Shown: positions 50,984 through 63,328 of the stretch, one piece after another
How positions within the stretch are numbered: the first letter of the stretch is position 1
Layout: the number at the start of each line of letters is the position of its first letter
DNA from: Octopus sinensis
Taxonomy: Eukaryota
Length of the DNA: 64,000 nucleotides
Direction: 5' to 3'
Assembly (NCBI RefSeq): GCF_006345805.1
Contig: NC_042997.1
Location: 51,026,001-51,090,000 of the forward strand
Program-made: the position numbers and the translations under genes
The notes under the pieces: model-generated
What the model was told of the DNA's origin: nothing
The model's database searches: none
Seen by the model: the letters and a program-made list of their open reading frames with translations, nothing else

Positions 50984-51921
50984 CATTAAAAGTCAGTTTC
51001 AATCTTGCTTGCTTTGGTCACCGGGAAACTGAGTTTCCCAGCAAAAGAATTTTGTATCATGAGTTGGAAAGCTTTGACTGCTATTTTTTGCACGTCCTGC
51101 TACCACGTAACAGGTATTTTGGCTCCATTATCGCAAATAGCTGTTACATGGTAGCAGAGTGTGCTAGAAATAGCAGCCAAATCTTTGGGAGGTGAGATAC
51201 GTTAAATGCACTCGAAAAAGCGATTTCACACAGGTTACGAACGGGTCTTTTACGAATTAAAAAATAAATGCTCCCTTTTTAAAGCCTAGCCAGGCTCATG
51301 GGCCATGTTTCCCGCTTTCTATGGCGTATGTGTTCCCCAACTGGACGGGACGCCAGTCCATCGCAGCGTTACTCATTTTTGAAATGAAACCGTATTTTTA
51401 AGTTCATTTTCACTTTAGAATATTTTTTAAATATGCCAAAAGTTTTTATAATGGTATTCACTTGAAAATAATTTTAAAAAACGTAAAAATATTGTCTGTT
51501 TAAAAAAGCTTAAATACACATACTATGCAAACAGCTTACATTTTTGATATCACAGTAACTTGAAAATATTTGTTAATGATTAAAATATTGTGTTTAACAA
51601 AAGCGAAAATAGAAATTGTAAAAAAAAAAAAATGTTTTTTTTTTTACATTGTCAACTCACTGTCAAATAGAAAGATAAGAGTTTCTTCCCTTCCATGATG
51701 AAGATTATTATTTTCCTAACATTTTCCCGTTATGTACTCTTTTAGGTATTTATACTCTGAAAATTTCTATCTTGAAAACTATCGATTTACACGAAACTTG
51801 TTTCGTTCGATTCGTATTAACATTTCAGGTTAAAATTAATTCATGGTATTTTCCCATGATGCACCAGTTTCACTGAGTAACATTACAAGCAAGCAAGCAA
51901 GATTGAAACTGACTTTCAATG
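50984..51921. mobile_element. Non-autonomous TIR DNA transposon upstream of the LIG1 start
   Basis: ~30-bp TIR cattaaaagtcagtttcaatcttgcttgct / agcaagcaagattgaaactgactttcaatg, TA-flanked. Confidence 0.7.
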
Positions 51922-51931
51922 TATTATATAT

Positions 51932-51973
<42 letters not shown>

Positions 51974-52193
51974 TGGCGGACTGGCCAGGTTGCCAGCTTG
52001 CCCAATGGCAAGTGGGCCCAGTACCAATAGAATCCATATATGGGTGAGGCCCATATTAGTATCAAACGGGCTTGTCCCCTCAAGTTTGAGAATTTTTAAT
52101 TCACTCCTGAAACACTGCATTAATTATTTCAGCCTAGCTATGTTTGTAGACAATTGAAAAGAATTGTTTTAACAAAATATAAAAAAATAAATT

Positions 52194-52446
52194 GGCCCTC
52201 GTGCCGGTGGCACATAAAAAGCACCATCCGTTCGTGGCCGTTTGCCAGCTCTGTCTGGCACCAGTGCGGGTGGCACGTAAAAAGCACCCACGGAGTGGTT
52301 GGCGTTAGGAAGGGCATCCAGCCGTAGAAACACTGCCAGATTTGACTGGGCCTGATGAAGCCTTCTGGCTTCACAGACCCCAGTAGAACCGTCCAACCCA
52401 TGCTAGCATGGAAAACGGACGCTAAACGATGATGATGATGATGATG
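52194..52446 (+). mobile_element. Short RTE 3'-end copy; one of at least 15 related tail repeats (e.g. ~280, 12110, 25855, 27796, 29745, 39590, 40795, 44238, 47645, 60520)
   Basis: Shared ggaagggcatccagc...ccatgctagcatggaaa...(gat)n end. Confidence 0.88.
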
Positions 52447-52507
52447 TTGTAGTTGCCGGTGGTCCTCCTTAGTCTGCTGGCAGCCAATTTTTTTAGACCC
52501 AGTCTAC

Positions 52508-52561
<54 letters not shown>

Positions 52562-52569
52562 GAAATTAA

Positions 52570-52922
52570 TAGAAACATGGGCAGTGATTGCTGAGGACAT
52601 GTGTAGGCTTGAAAGAAATGAAACTAGTATACTCCGCTGGATGTGTAATGTCAGTGTATATGCATGACAGACTGTAAGTGCCCAGAGAGAAAAGATGGAC
52701 ATAAGAAGCATCGGATGTGATGTACAAGACAGACAATTGCACTGGTATGGTCATGTGTTGCATATGGATGAGGACAGCTGTGTGGAAAAGTGTCACACCC
52801 TAACAGTGGGGAGAACTTGTGGAAGAAGTAGACCCAAGAAGACCTGGGATGAGGTGGTGAAGCATGACCTTCAAACGTTGGGCCTGACAGAGGAAATGAC
52901 AAGCAACAGAGACCTCTGGAGA
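52570..52922 (+). mobile_element. Degenerate RTE ORF C-terminal fragment
   Basis: LHWYGHVLHMDEDSCVEKCHTL...RPKKTWDEVVKHDL matches the end of the 34931 ORF. Confidence 0.85.
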
Positions 52923-54749
52923 TATATATATATACACATACACACACAGAGAAAGAGATTTTTACTTTTAGATCTAATTACCATTTATCTGCATATAGAT
53001 ATACACATTTTAAAATTAATTTCATTCTATTTATGGCAGGAAACCCCAGATTTCATCCCCCACATAAGCGTTTATTTTCTCATTGGTAAAGTTTTTTCCT
53101 ATATATGCATCAATGTCAGTTTGCTGGGTGAGTTTCTTTTAAATACAGTTTAAAATGTATTTGTAGCAACAGCTCCATCTCTATTGTGGGAACAATATTC
53201 TTTAACAGCTTGGTATAAATAGAAATTGGTCTTGCTACAATTCCATTGTGAATTGCTTTGAACCTTTGTTAAAAATTAACAATTACTGTGAGCTGGAGCA
53301 TGTTCTATGAAGAGAAAGGATAAACTTTGCAAAGCGTTTGTGTCTATGAGTGACATGTGAGTGTGGATCTGCAGTGAATGAGGGTTCATAGGAACCTCTG
53401 CTGGTTATCATGGAGGAAGGAGAAGGGTTGGAGGTGTTGGGTGTGGTTGCTGATGACTGCCTCCATCACGTTTGAGATGAAAGTGAAAGTATTAAGTCAA
53501 TAGCTTGCCTTTCTTCGGAAAGGGACACATTGTGGTATAAGTTGAGTGAGGGCAATTGATGAGTTTGACATAAAACGTGGTTATATTTGGTGTGCTTGTA
53601 CACTTATTCTCTGGCTTTCTATTTGCTGAACCACTACATACAGTGACGTAAACAAACCAGCACCGGCCATCAAATGGTGATGGGGGCACAAAGCAGACAC
53701 GAAGTTATGTATGTATGCACACACATATGTACATATATGTGTGTATTCTTTTATTCATGCTTCAGGCATTTGACTGTGGCCATGCTGGAGCACCGCCCTC
53801 AGGGGTGTTAGTCAAATAAATCAACCCCTAGACTTATTTTTAAGCCTAGTACTTATCTTATCAGTTTTTACGGGGACGTAAACACACTAACACCGGTTGT
53901 CAAGCGGTAATGGGGGACAAACACAGATACAAAGTCACACACACACATACACACACAAAGGACTTCTTTTAGTTTCAGTCTACTAAATCCACTAGCGAGG
54001 CTCTGGTCGGCCCAAGGCTATTGTAAAAGGCATTTGACCAAGGTCTCATGCAGTAGGACTGAACCTGGAATCATATGGTTGAGAAGTAAGCTTCTTACCA
54101 CACAGCCACCACGAGCTTCATTCAGTTTTCGTCTATCAAATCCATTCACAAAGGCTTTGGTTGGCTTGCGAGCTATAGTAGAAAACACTTATTCAGAGTG
54201 CTATGCAGTGGGGCCGAATCCGATACCATATATATTTCTTTACTACCCACAAGGGGCTAAACATAGAGGGGACAAACAAAGGGATTGAGTCGATTACATC
54301 GACCCAGTGCGAAACTGGTACTTTATTTATCGACCCCGAGAGGATGAAAGGCAAAGTCGACCTCGGCGGAATTTGAACTCAGAACGTAACAACAGACGAA
54401 ATACCACTAAGCATTTCGCCCGGCGCGCTAACGTTTCTGCCAGCTACCATGTATAGAGCTCCATGCGCGAACATAGACGCGGGTCCACACTCGTGGGCGC
54501 GCACACACACATACATAAACGCAAACATTCACACGTTGTCAATGAACAGTGTAAGGGAGATAATTATAAATTTGTGTGTGGGTAGTTGTCTCCCCATATG
54601 TATACACCCGCACACACACAAACACATATAGACCCCTCCATGCATACATATAAGCACGCACGTTCACACACAAACACACACGCATAGATACACGTACATA
54701 CACACAGCTAAGGGCGGAATTTTGACCGCTTCGTAGTGTTGCATTAGCC

Positions 54750-56300
54750 CTCTCCAACTACATTAGGAGCTTCACAAATTTGCACAGATTTACTCCAAGG
54801 CCTTCAACGAAACAGGCACAAAACGTAGCAAATTCCATTGCGTGTAGCAGTTGTACATAGTCAGAAAGTTACAGGGAAGTAAATACTTCGTCAAAATCAC
54901 GGATATGTTAGTATCCTCAAATATGTCCTGAAGCGTATGACAGTTACCTAGAATCGCAAAATCATTAATCAGAACGGACAAACGTCAGCTGCAGGACATG
55001 AACAAAGATTCAACGCCCCTATCGTTGATGAAGTTACATTCATAATAGCAGATTAACTGTATGAACGATGTGGCAATTGTTTTGTAAAAAAGGAGTGGAC
55101 ACATGGTGCAAATATGTAAAACTGTCATGGTTTAATAATAATAATAATGAAATTATTGTATACAGTGCTCAGGTGCACCACAACTTGTCATGGATGCCAT
55201 TTTCAGTTAGGGTTGATCAACCAGAAATAGGATATGAAATTGGTTAATCGATCAATTACAAAGTGTTCAATACTTGTTTAAATGATCCTGTATGTATTTT
55301 ATGGCATGGTGTCAATTAAACCAAAGTTTACAATTCAAAGTATCAAGCAGCCAGTTCATGGTGAAATTTTTAACACATGGAGGCTTTGTTACAAAGAAAT
55401 CAAGACAAGTTAAGGGTAGAGGATAATATCCACCTTAGAGATTTTATCAATACTGACGTTGACCAAAGAAATATTAGCCTGCCAATCATACTGCCAGCAA
55501 GTTTTATTGGATAACCTCATTATATATGAACATCCAAAAACTTTGACTGGCCAAATCTCTTTATTACATTCACTTGTAACTTGAAATGGATAAAAATCTC
55601 CAAATGTTTTCAATATCAAAAAGCCAGGAATTGATTTGTCCTCATTTCTCTGGCTCTTGAAAAAATTAAGAATCATTGGTGTGATTAATGCCCAGAAGAG
55701 AGGACTTCCCCATTAGAAGCATTGGCTGAATTGTTGCCAAAATACAAGGCCGGATTATGCTAATAAAATCAGTTCAACTGAGCTACCGGATAATGATGAT
55801 GATTCAAAGTTCTTTGAAATTATCAAGACTCAATTCATGCATGGACCAAGTGGAGTCATCAATTTGGCCTTATTCATATACGAGATTGAAAATGTCCCTA
55901 GGTATTCTTGAGCCTTTCTTCAGGAAAGACAGGCTGAAAATGACAGATACTCCCCTTAATGCTAGCAAACTCTTGAAGAAGGAGGTGAAACACTTTATCT
56001 AATAGTTTGAAGAGAGAAGCTAGCTTTAGACACTTGATGAATAGTTCCACACAGTAAATTATGGTGAATGTTCTAAATACTCACAACAGTGTTGAACACT
56101 ACAGCTCCATCATAGCAATTCTACAGGTTACAAAGTTAGTCAATAAGAGCAATAGCATAATTGATTTACTATTGGCAAAGAATTCAGTGATGGTGTACTG
56201 GATGGGGTTAAACAGTAAAAGCACACCCTATCCAGTGTACCTCTAGCAATGAAGCAATCTAGAGAATGTTTGGATTTGACAACCGCCAACACCACCCAAC
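54750..56300 (+). pseudogene. Degenerate Helitron Rep (HUH) coding remnant
   Basis: Broken-frame motifs GHEQRFNAPIVDEV, IILPASFIG, PNLFITFTCNLKW, QKRGLPH, YLSSNEAI*RMFGF. Confidence 0.8.
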
Positions 56301-58361
56301 AAAGAAGTTGAGGCAAATAATAATATTAGGCCTAGTAAAGGTGATGATAAATTTTTCTGTATGTGTCAGTCCAACAAACTGCATTCATCACATACAGTTC
56401 TCCAAATTCAGTCAATGTGACTGAATCGGATGCCAAAAAACCATCATCAGCAGTGATGAGAACAAAATATGCCCCATATACAGGTGCAAATTCAGGAATA
56501 GATTAGAAAAGAAAATTAGGAAATACAAAAAAAAGGCTCAGAGTATGAGAGTAATAAGTTCTAGAATTTAATGCTTAAAATGCAACCATTTCAGAATGAC
56601 CTTATTTAAGTCTTTAGAAATATATTCCAGAATACAAAACTTATAATTAAAGTAGTTCGAAAACAGGAATATATCTTAAGTCACTAATTAGTAGATCATT
56701 ATCGATTTGAGAAAATTCTCCATATCAATAGTAACTGCAGAGTGTGCAAAAAAAAAGCAATTTTCAGTTAAAATGTGAAAGTTGAGAAGAATGTTTTTAA
56801 CCCACGCTAGTATGGGTTGAGCATGTCTGTTTTAGCACGTTTTGTTTCAGTTATTTGTCATCTCTTTCATGACGTTCAGTTCTCTGAGATGAGCCTTCAT
56901 CAACTTGCCTTACATTAACATTATATTCTTCTTCAACTGGCTTTTCCCCTTGCAATAACACACTTCTTCACTGACTATCATCAGTACTGCTGACTTGTTT
57001 ACGTTCATTTTCTGTGTCAGCTCAGCTGTTCTCCATCATTCATGTACTCTGATATTACACATCCATTGCAACAAACTCACCTCATTTCTTTTGACCTTTC
57101 ACATTTCACAGAGTCCAGTATGCATGACTTGTTGGTCTGAAGTTCTGCAGTTTTCTCATAAACACCATAAAATCTAAACACCAAACATCCTCAGCTGTAT
57201 TAAAAATGGAAAATTAGCAAAGACTCACTTCCTAGCATACTTCAACTACCAACTCACAGGCACACTATTTTCTCTCTTTTTCATCCACTACAATGACTTC
57301 TGTTCCTCTGAATTAAATATTTTCATATTCTCAGCAGCTTGGATCACCAATTGCTTCTCTTCTCATCACTTTTATTGTGTCATGGTGCCAAGATCCTGAG
57401 TTAAACTCTTTGCCCATATCCTCTTCCATAATTTTCTCACTACCCACTTTTTTTCTCCCCCAACACATCAATTCACAAGCTCAACCTCAACCATATCAAT
57501 GTTACTAGTTGTTTGGCGGCTCCTGCCAAGACTGTAAGCACTGTTTCTTTTTCCATGGTTAAATTATTTTTAAAAAACATTACTACAGATTATTAAATAA
57601 AAGAATGACAGAAAATTTTTCCTGTAAAAGAATTTAAATAAATTTTTAATGATAAAAGAAAAATTTAATGTAGAGTTGTACAGTTTAATCACTTCATGTT
57701 AAGAGCTGTGAAGTTTGGAATTATTACCAATCTCATTCCAAAGTACTCAAACTACCAAAGCATTGTGGTACACATTGCTGATAATTTGATAACACAGTTA
57801 TTTGTTGATAGAAATGTTATCTTCACTTCTATTTCTGTTTACCAACTGCCCGAGACCGCTTCTCGTTCCATAAACACTTCCTGTTTCAAAGTCGTCATAT
57901 TCAAATTAAAGCCTTTCATTATAATCATATGTCAGAGCATTTTTGCGAAGTTCTGTTCCAAACATCAGCTGAATAATGAAACTGATTTTACTAAATTAGT
58001 CCAAAATTATATTTTCAAAATTTATTAAACATATATATATATAACTTCGAGACACGTGTTTGTAGTGATAAATTATATGGTTATGGACGATGTATCTAGT
58101 TTCAGCATATTTGGCATTAGAAATTTTTTTCTTTTGCCCTTGTTTATAAGTTGTTTATAGATTTAATCTTTAAAGGTATTTTTTAATATGCTGGCCATTG
58201 ATAAAATTTTGTTTCAAAAAAATTTTATCCTATATTAGATGTATATATATATATATATATATTAAATATAAGGATAAAATCTGTATAAGATTTTATCAAG
58301 TAGCCAGTGTGTAAAACCAATTAAGGCAAAAAATTAATACTAAGTATATAATTTTTTAAAA

Positions 58362-58517
58362 ATACATTATTATATTAAGGACTATTACTATAAGTAAAGC
58401 CACATGCTGGAAAGGGATGCTAAAGTCAGACTACTTTATCCAAAGTACTTTCACTTTAGCATCTCTTTCTAGCATGTGGCTTTACTTATAGTAACAACCC
58501 TTAATTTAATAATGTGT
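58362..58517. repeat. Fold-back element just downstream of the SGSH stop
   Basis: Core arms 58385-58426 and 58453-58494. Confidence 0.85.
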
Positions 58518-58606
58518 CTATATGTGTATACATATATATATATATTTCATTTGCAGTATAGCCAATGAAAGATGAAATAATATCAACCCCAAAGCTGTTT
58601 CCTTTG

Positions 58607-59233
58607 TTACATCAGTTCATTGTCCAATGGCATACATTGAGGTTGGTATTTATAATATCCACTATTTTCAAGCACAGCACCAGGTCCACAGATCCACGGA
58701 TCAGCAGTCACATTTTGCCAATGGTGTAACAAACTCTTTAGAGAATTTAGTGTAGTTCTGTACTCAGGTTTGTATGCAACATTAACAAGCTCGGCTGTAT
58801 CGTTCCGGAGATCATAAAGTTCCCACTGTTCCCTGTAGTAATACTGGTGTAGGGTTTTTGACCATTTAGTTGGTAGCTTTGATCTTGTCCGATTCAGTAT
58901 GTCCAGAAATGTTGAAGACAAATAGAAATCTTGGTCAATAGGATATGGCATTTTGTAGTTGAGATTATGTATCAGCTTGTAATTTGAAGTACGAACAGAT
59001 CTCATAGGATAATACATAGTGACTTCATGAAGATTGTGACTGCTATACACTGCTGATATTTCTTTTGTGTGTTGATTAATATTACTTCCAGATTTATAGT
59101 GTAACAATGGTAACAGAGAATTCCCAGTAAGTTTGACATGATTTCTGAACAGCCTGTAGTGAGGATATGGAATCTGGAACCAATCCAATATAGTAGGTAC
59201 GATATCCAAAAGAGAAACAAATGAGTTACTTGT
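58607..59233 (-). CDS. SGSH: N-sulphoglucosamine sulphohydrolase (sulfamidase), last exon; upstream exons not found in the window
   Basis: ttttcag acceptor at 59234-36. VSLLDIVPTILDWF, HEVTMYYPMRS, NLNYKMPYPIDQDFY, DPWICGP and QCMPLDNEL closely match the human SGSH C-terminus. Confidence 0.93.
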   Translation of the reverse strand, partial: TSNSFVSLLDIVPTILDWFQIPYPHYRLFRNHVKLTGNSLLPLLHYKSGSNINQHTKEISAVYSSHNLHEVTMYYPMRSVRTSNYKLIHNLNYKMPYPIDQDFYLSSTFLDILNRTRSKLPTKWSKTLHQYYYREQWELYDLRNDTAELVNVAYKPEYRTTLNSLKSLLHHWQNVTADPWICGPGAVLENSGYYKYQPQCMPLDNELM

Positions 59234-59999
59234 CTGAAAATGTAAAAGATAAGAATGCGAAATATAGAAATATATTTTATGAAATAAAGGAATATATAAT
59301 ATATAGAAATAACTAGGAATATCTTCAGCACTAATTTCTAAAAGTTAATTGATTAGACTTCTAAAAGTTAACTGACTCAAGTGCTTAGTTTTAAAAGTTA
59401 TAAAGCATTAAGTTACGAGTGAAATATTCTTTCAGCTGTTGTAATAGAGTGAGGTTGTTGAGGCCATTCATTTAAATATTGTTTCAATAAGTTAATCTCT
59501 GTTCTTCTCACCTTCTTGTACTTCAAGGCCACACTCTGATACTATGTTACCACCATCTTTATCTGTCTTTATCTCCAGCCCACCCTGTGAAGTAGCCATA
59601 TATCTCCTCTACAGCAAAACATCTTTGGCCTCTCAACACCTGCCATAATGCCACTCCCATTCAGAAGAAGAGTTTTTTTTTTCTGTTGCAAGTTATTTGG
59701 AAACCTCATTATGTTGCTGCCATAAAAAAAGGCATCCAAAGGAACCACATCAAAGCAGATATTGGAGCTCAATGTATCCCTCTGACTTGCTGGAACCTAT
59801 TGAACTGTCAAGTCATGTCAGCATGGGGGACAGATATTAAATGAGGATGATATTTGTTTAAACACTAAGCTTATTTAAATATTGTAGTGAATCCCTAATC
59901 AAATCATATTAATTCAATTAGCATATTTCATAGATAAATAGGTACACCTGAGTAAGCACATAAATGTAAAACAAGGTGGGAAAAAATAGTACTCAAATA

Positions 60000-60450
60000 C
60001 CAATGGCAGAGTAGTATGCTTTATTATTAAAGCTGCAAAAACATCACAAAAGTATCACAAAAAACTGCCACTCAGAGTTTCATGTTCCCGTTCATTGCCA
60101 ATCAATCCAGATTCAATTCATCAGGCAGTTGTGATCAAGAATGGAATAAAAATTTTTATTTCATTTGTTATATCACAATACTACACAGTGGCTGTGTGAG
60201 CCACGAAATCCTCATTGCCACTGTTATATCACATGTTCAGATGACCTCTACTCAACCCTGATGTCTAGACTTCTCCCTCTATATCTACATATTGGGCTAG
60301 CCAACTTCACCGTCTGGGGGCGTCCACACAACACCATTCTTGATCACAACTGCCTGACGAACGGGAACGTGAAACTGAGTGGTAGTATTTTGTGATATTT
60401 TTGTGATATTTTTGCAGCTTTAATAATAAAGTATGGATAAATTGGTATTA
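60000..60450. repeat. Fold-back/MITE with ~110-bp imperfect TIRs
   Basis: ctttattattaaagctgcaaaa...tcaggcagttgtgatcaagaatgg / ccattcttgatcacaactgcctga...tttgcagctttaataataaag. Confidence 0.8.
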
Positions 60451-60676
60451 AAGTTTTAAAATGAGTATGTCTAAAGATTATTTAAATAGTAGTTTATATT
60501 TAATATATCCTGTGTTGGTGACATGTAAAACACACAGTACATTCTGTGGGGTGGCTGGCATTAGGAAGGGCATCCAGCTGTAGAAACCAAGCCAAAATAG
60601 ACTGGAACCTGGTGCTGCATCCCAGCTTACCAATGTTAGTGAAATTGTCCAGTCCAGCATGGAAAATGGAAGCTAA

Positions 60677-60707
<31 letters not shown>

Positions 60708-61710
60708 CCCCAAAGCTTTGCTGAATGAATTCATTCCTTTTTAATTTCATACATGCCATGATTTTACTACTCTAGTTTTACTGCCATACAGCATCACATT
60801 TCTGACAAACATTTTCAAAAATGTATTCTTCAAAGAGAAAGAGAAATTCTTGTCATTAAAAATATCTGTAGATCTTAAAATTCTTTTTTGATGAAATCTA
60901 GCTACAATGATATATCTGGTTTCCTCTTTAATAATCCTAGTAATATTTTAATATTGTGGAGGCACAATGGCCCACTGGTTAGGGCAGCAGACTAGCAGTT
61001 GTAGGATTGCAGTTTCGATTCTCAGACCGGGCATTGTAAGTGTTTATTGAACAAAAACACCTAAAGCTACACAAAGGCTCTGGCAGGGGGTGGTGGCAAA
61101 CCCTACTGTACTCTTTCACCACAGCTTTCTTCCTGTTTCTCTTGTACCTGTATTTCAAAGGGCCAGCCTTATCATACTCTGTGTCATATTGAATCTCCCT
61201 TGAGAACTACGTTAAGAGTACACTTGTTTGTGGAGTGCTCAGCCACTTGGACATTAATTTCACGAGCAGGCTGTTCCATTGATCAGATCAACTGGAACAC
61301 TCGTCGTCATAACCAACAGAGTGCTACGACTTAAATATTAAATGCAAAGACAAATAATATTAGGACTTCAAGCTTTGAATTTTCCACCTGAACTGCAGCA
61401 TAATTTGTTTTACCCTTTCGTTACTATATTTCTGACCAAAATACACCCCTCATGAGTTTCAATTAAATTCTAAAATAATCATGAATTTAGGCTTGTTTCA
61501 TTAAATAACTGTAACTTTTTTACTTATCAACATTTTAATGTGATATTTGGAACATAATTAAAGAAAGGGTTCTTAATCAATTCTATTGCATAACTTTTGT
61601 CTCAAAGTGACTTTAATTACAGGTAAATCCAGGTAAATTGAGCAAAAGGTAAAAATATTAAAATTTAAAATTGAGCAAAAGGTAAAAAATTAAAATTTTG
61701 TTTAAACATC

Positions 61711-63328
61711 TGTAGTGATGCTACAGTGTAGGGTTCGGCGCGCATGCGCAGAATGGGACTACTTCCGGGTGGCCACCGGAAGTCTTCCCCATGCGCATGT
61801 GCGGGAAAACATCTCTCGAGCCCGCGAACCTCAAATCTCTCTCTTCGGCTCAAGACATCACGTCGGGGTCACCAATTGTAACGTGAAAGGATCTATCATC
61901 GAAGCACTGGCAGGGTCCGAGATCCTTTCTAGTCACATACAAAAATCTTGTAGAAAACAAACAGACGAAACTCAGGTAAAGGTGAACAGACAACTTGGTT
62001 TATTGATTCATGGTTGTACGTTGTCTGATGGGGAATAGACAGCCTCTGATATACTGCTGGTGTTGACAAGCTACCATCCAGCGTCTAATGGATTGGTTGA
62101 GCGGTTCCATAGACAGCTCAAGGCCGCTCTTCGTGCCTCTTCGGACCCACAGTCCTGGATCGAATTTCTGCCCATTGTGCTTCTCGGCTGTCGGACTGCT
62201 GTCAAGGCAGACATGGGGTTTTCTGCTGCAGAGCTGCTGTATGGTACCACACTGGCATTGCCCGGTACGATGTTGGTGCCAGACACTTCCCCGCCCATGA
62301 TCCGGCGACCTATGTCACCAGACTGCGGGAATATTTTTCAAACCTTCCGCCCATGCTTCCCAGAAAGCAATCTCCACCGTCCCATCTTCCACCGGATATG
62401 AACACCTGGTCACATGTTTTTGTTCGGGACGATCTGTGAAGGGCCCACTGTTTCTCCCTATAAAGGACCTTTTCGTGTGCTTTCTCGCACACCAAAGGTT
62501 TTCACGATGAGATAAATGGTCGTTCGGAGACCGTTTCCGTGGACCGTTTTAAAAAAGGCACATTTTGAGACGTCTTCATCTTTTGATGACAACCTTGACA
62601 CACCCACCTATGCACCTTTAACAACGCCTTCACCTGCACAAACGCCTTCACTGCACAATCACCTTCACCGGCTCCTACAACACCACCCTCGCCGTCAACG
62701 GGTTGCCCCGAGCACACGTATGTACAAAATCGGGCAGAACAGTGCATTGGCCAAGAAACTTCAAAAACAATTACATTTAACTTAAAATGTTTCTTATTGT
62801 ATAATAGTATGTACCAAGTCTTCTGGGGGATCGGCAAGCCTTCTGTTTTCTGCAGCACCACCACAATATTCTGGTTGCCGTACTTCGCACTCGGAGGGGA
62901 GCCCTGTAGTGATGCTACAGTGTAGGGTTCGGCGCGCATGGCAGAATGGGACTACTTCCGGGTGGCCACCGAAGTCTCCCCATGCGCATGTGCGGGAAAA
63001 CATCTCTCGAGCCCGCGAACCTCAAATCTCTCTCTTCGCTCAAGACAGCACTGCGATCGGTCACGGTTTTCCTGGCTCTGACAGCCACACACCAACTTCA
63101 ACCAACTTCAACCAACTTCAACCAACCTCAACGACCAACACCAGCAGTATATCAGAGGCTGTCTATTCCCCCATCAGACAACGTACAACCATGAATCAAT
63201 AAACCAAGTTGTCTGTTCACCTTTAACCTGAGTTTCGTCTGTTTGTTTTCTACAAGAATTTTTGTATGTGACTAGAAAGGATCTCGACACCCTGCCAGTG
63301 CTTCGATGATAGATCCTTTCACGTTACA
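61711..63328 (+). mobile_element. Rearranged non-autonomous Gypsy-type LTR retrotransposon
   Basis: CATC target duplication (61707-10 / 63329-32); intact 3' LTR 62906-63328 (TG...CA); PPT ggagggggag; integrase C-terminal part (SYHPASNGLVERFHRQLK; GPF); inverted tRNA-Trp PBS at 61857-61874. Confidence 0.9.

Noticed and set aside
61857-61874. Exact tRNA-Trp 3' end including CCA
   Set aside because: It is only 18 nt and sits next to an LTR end, so it is an inverted primer-binding site.
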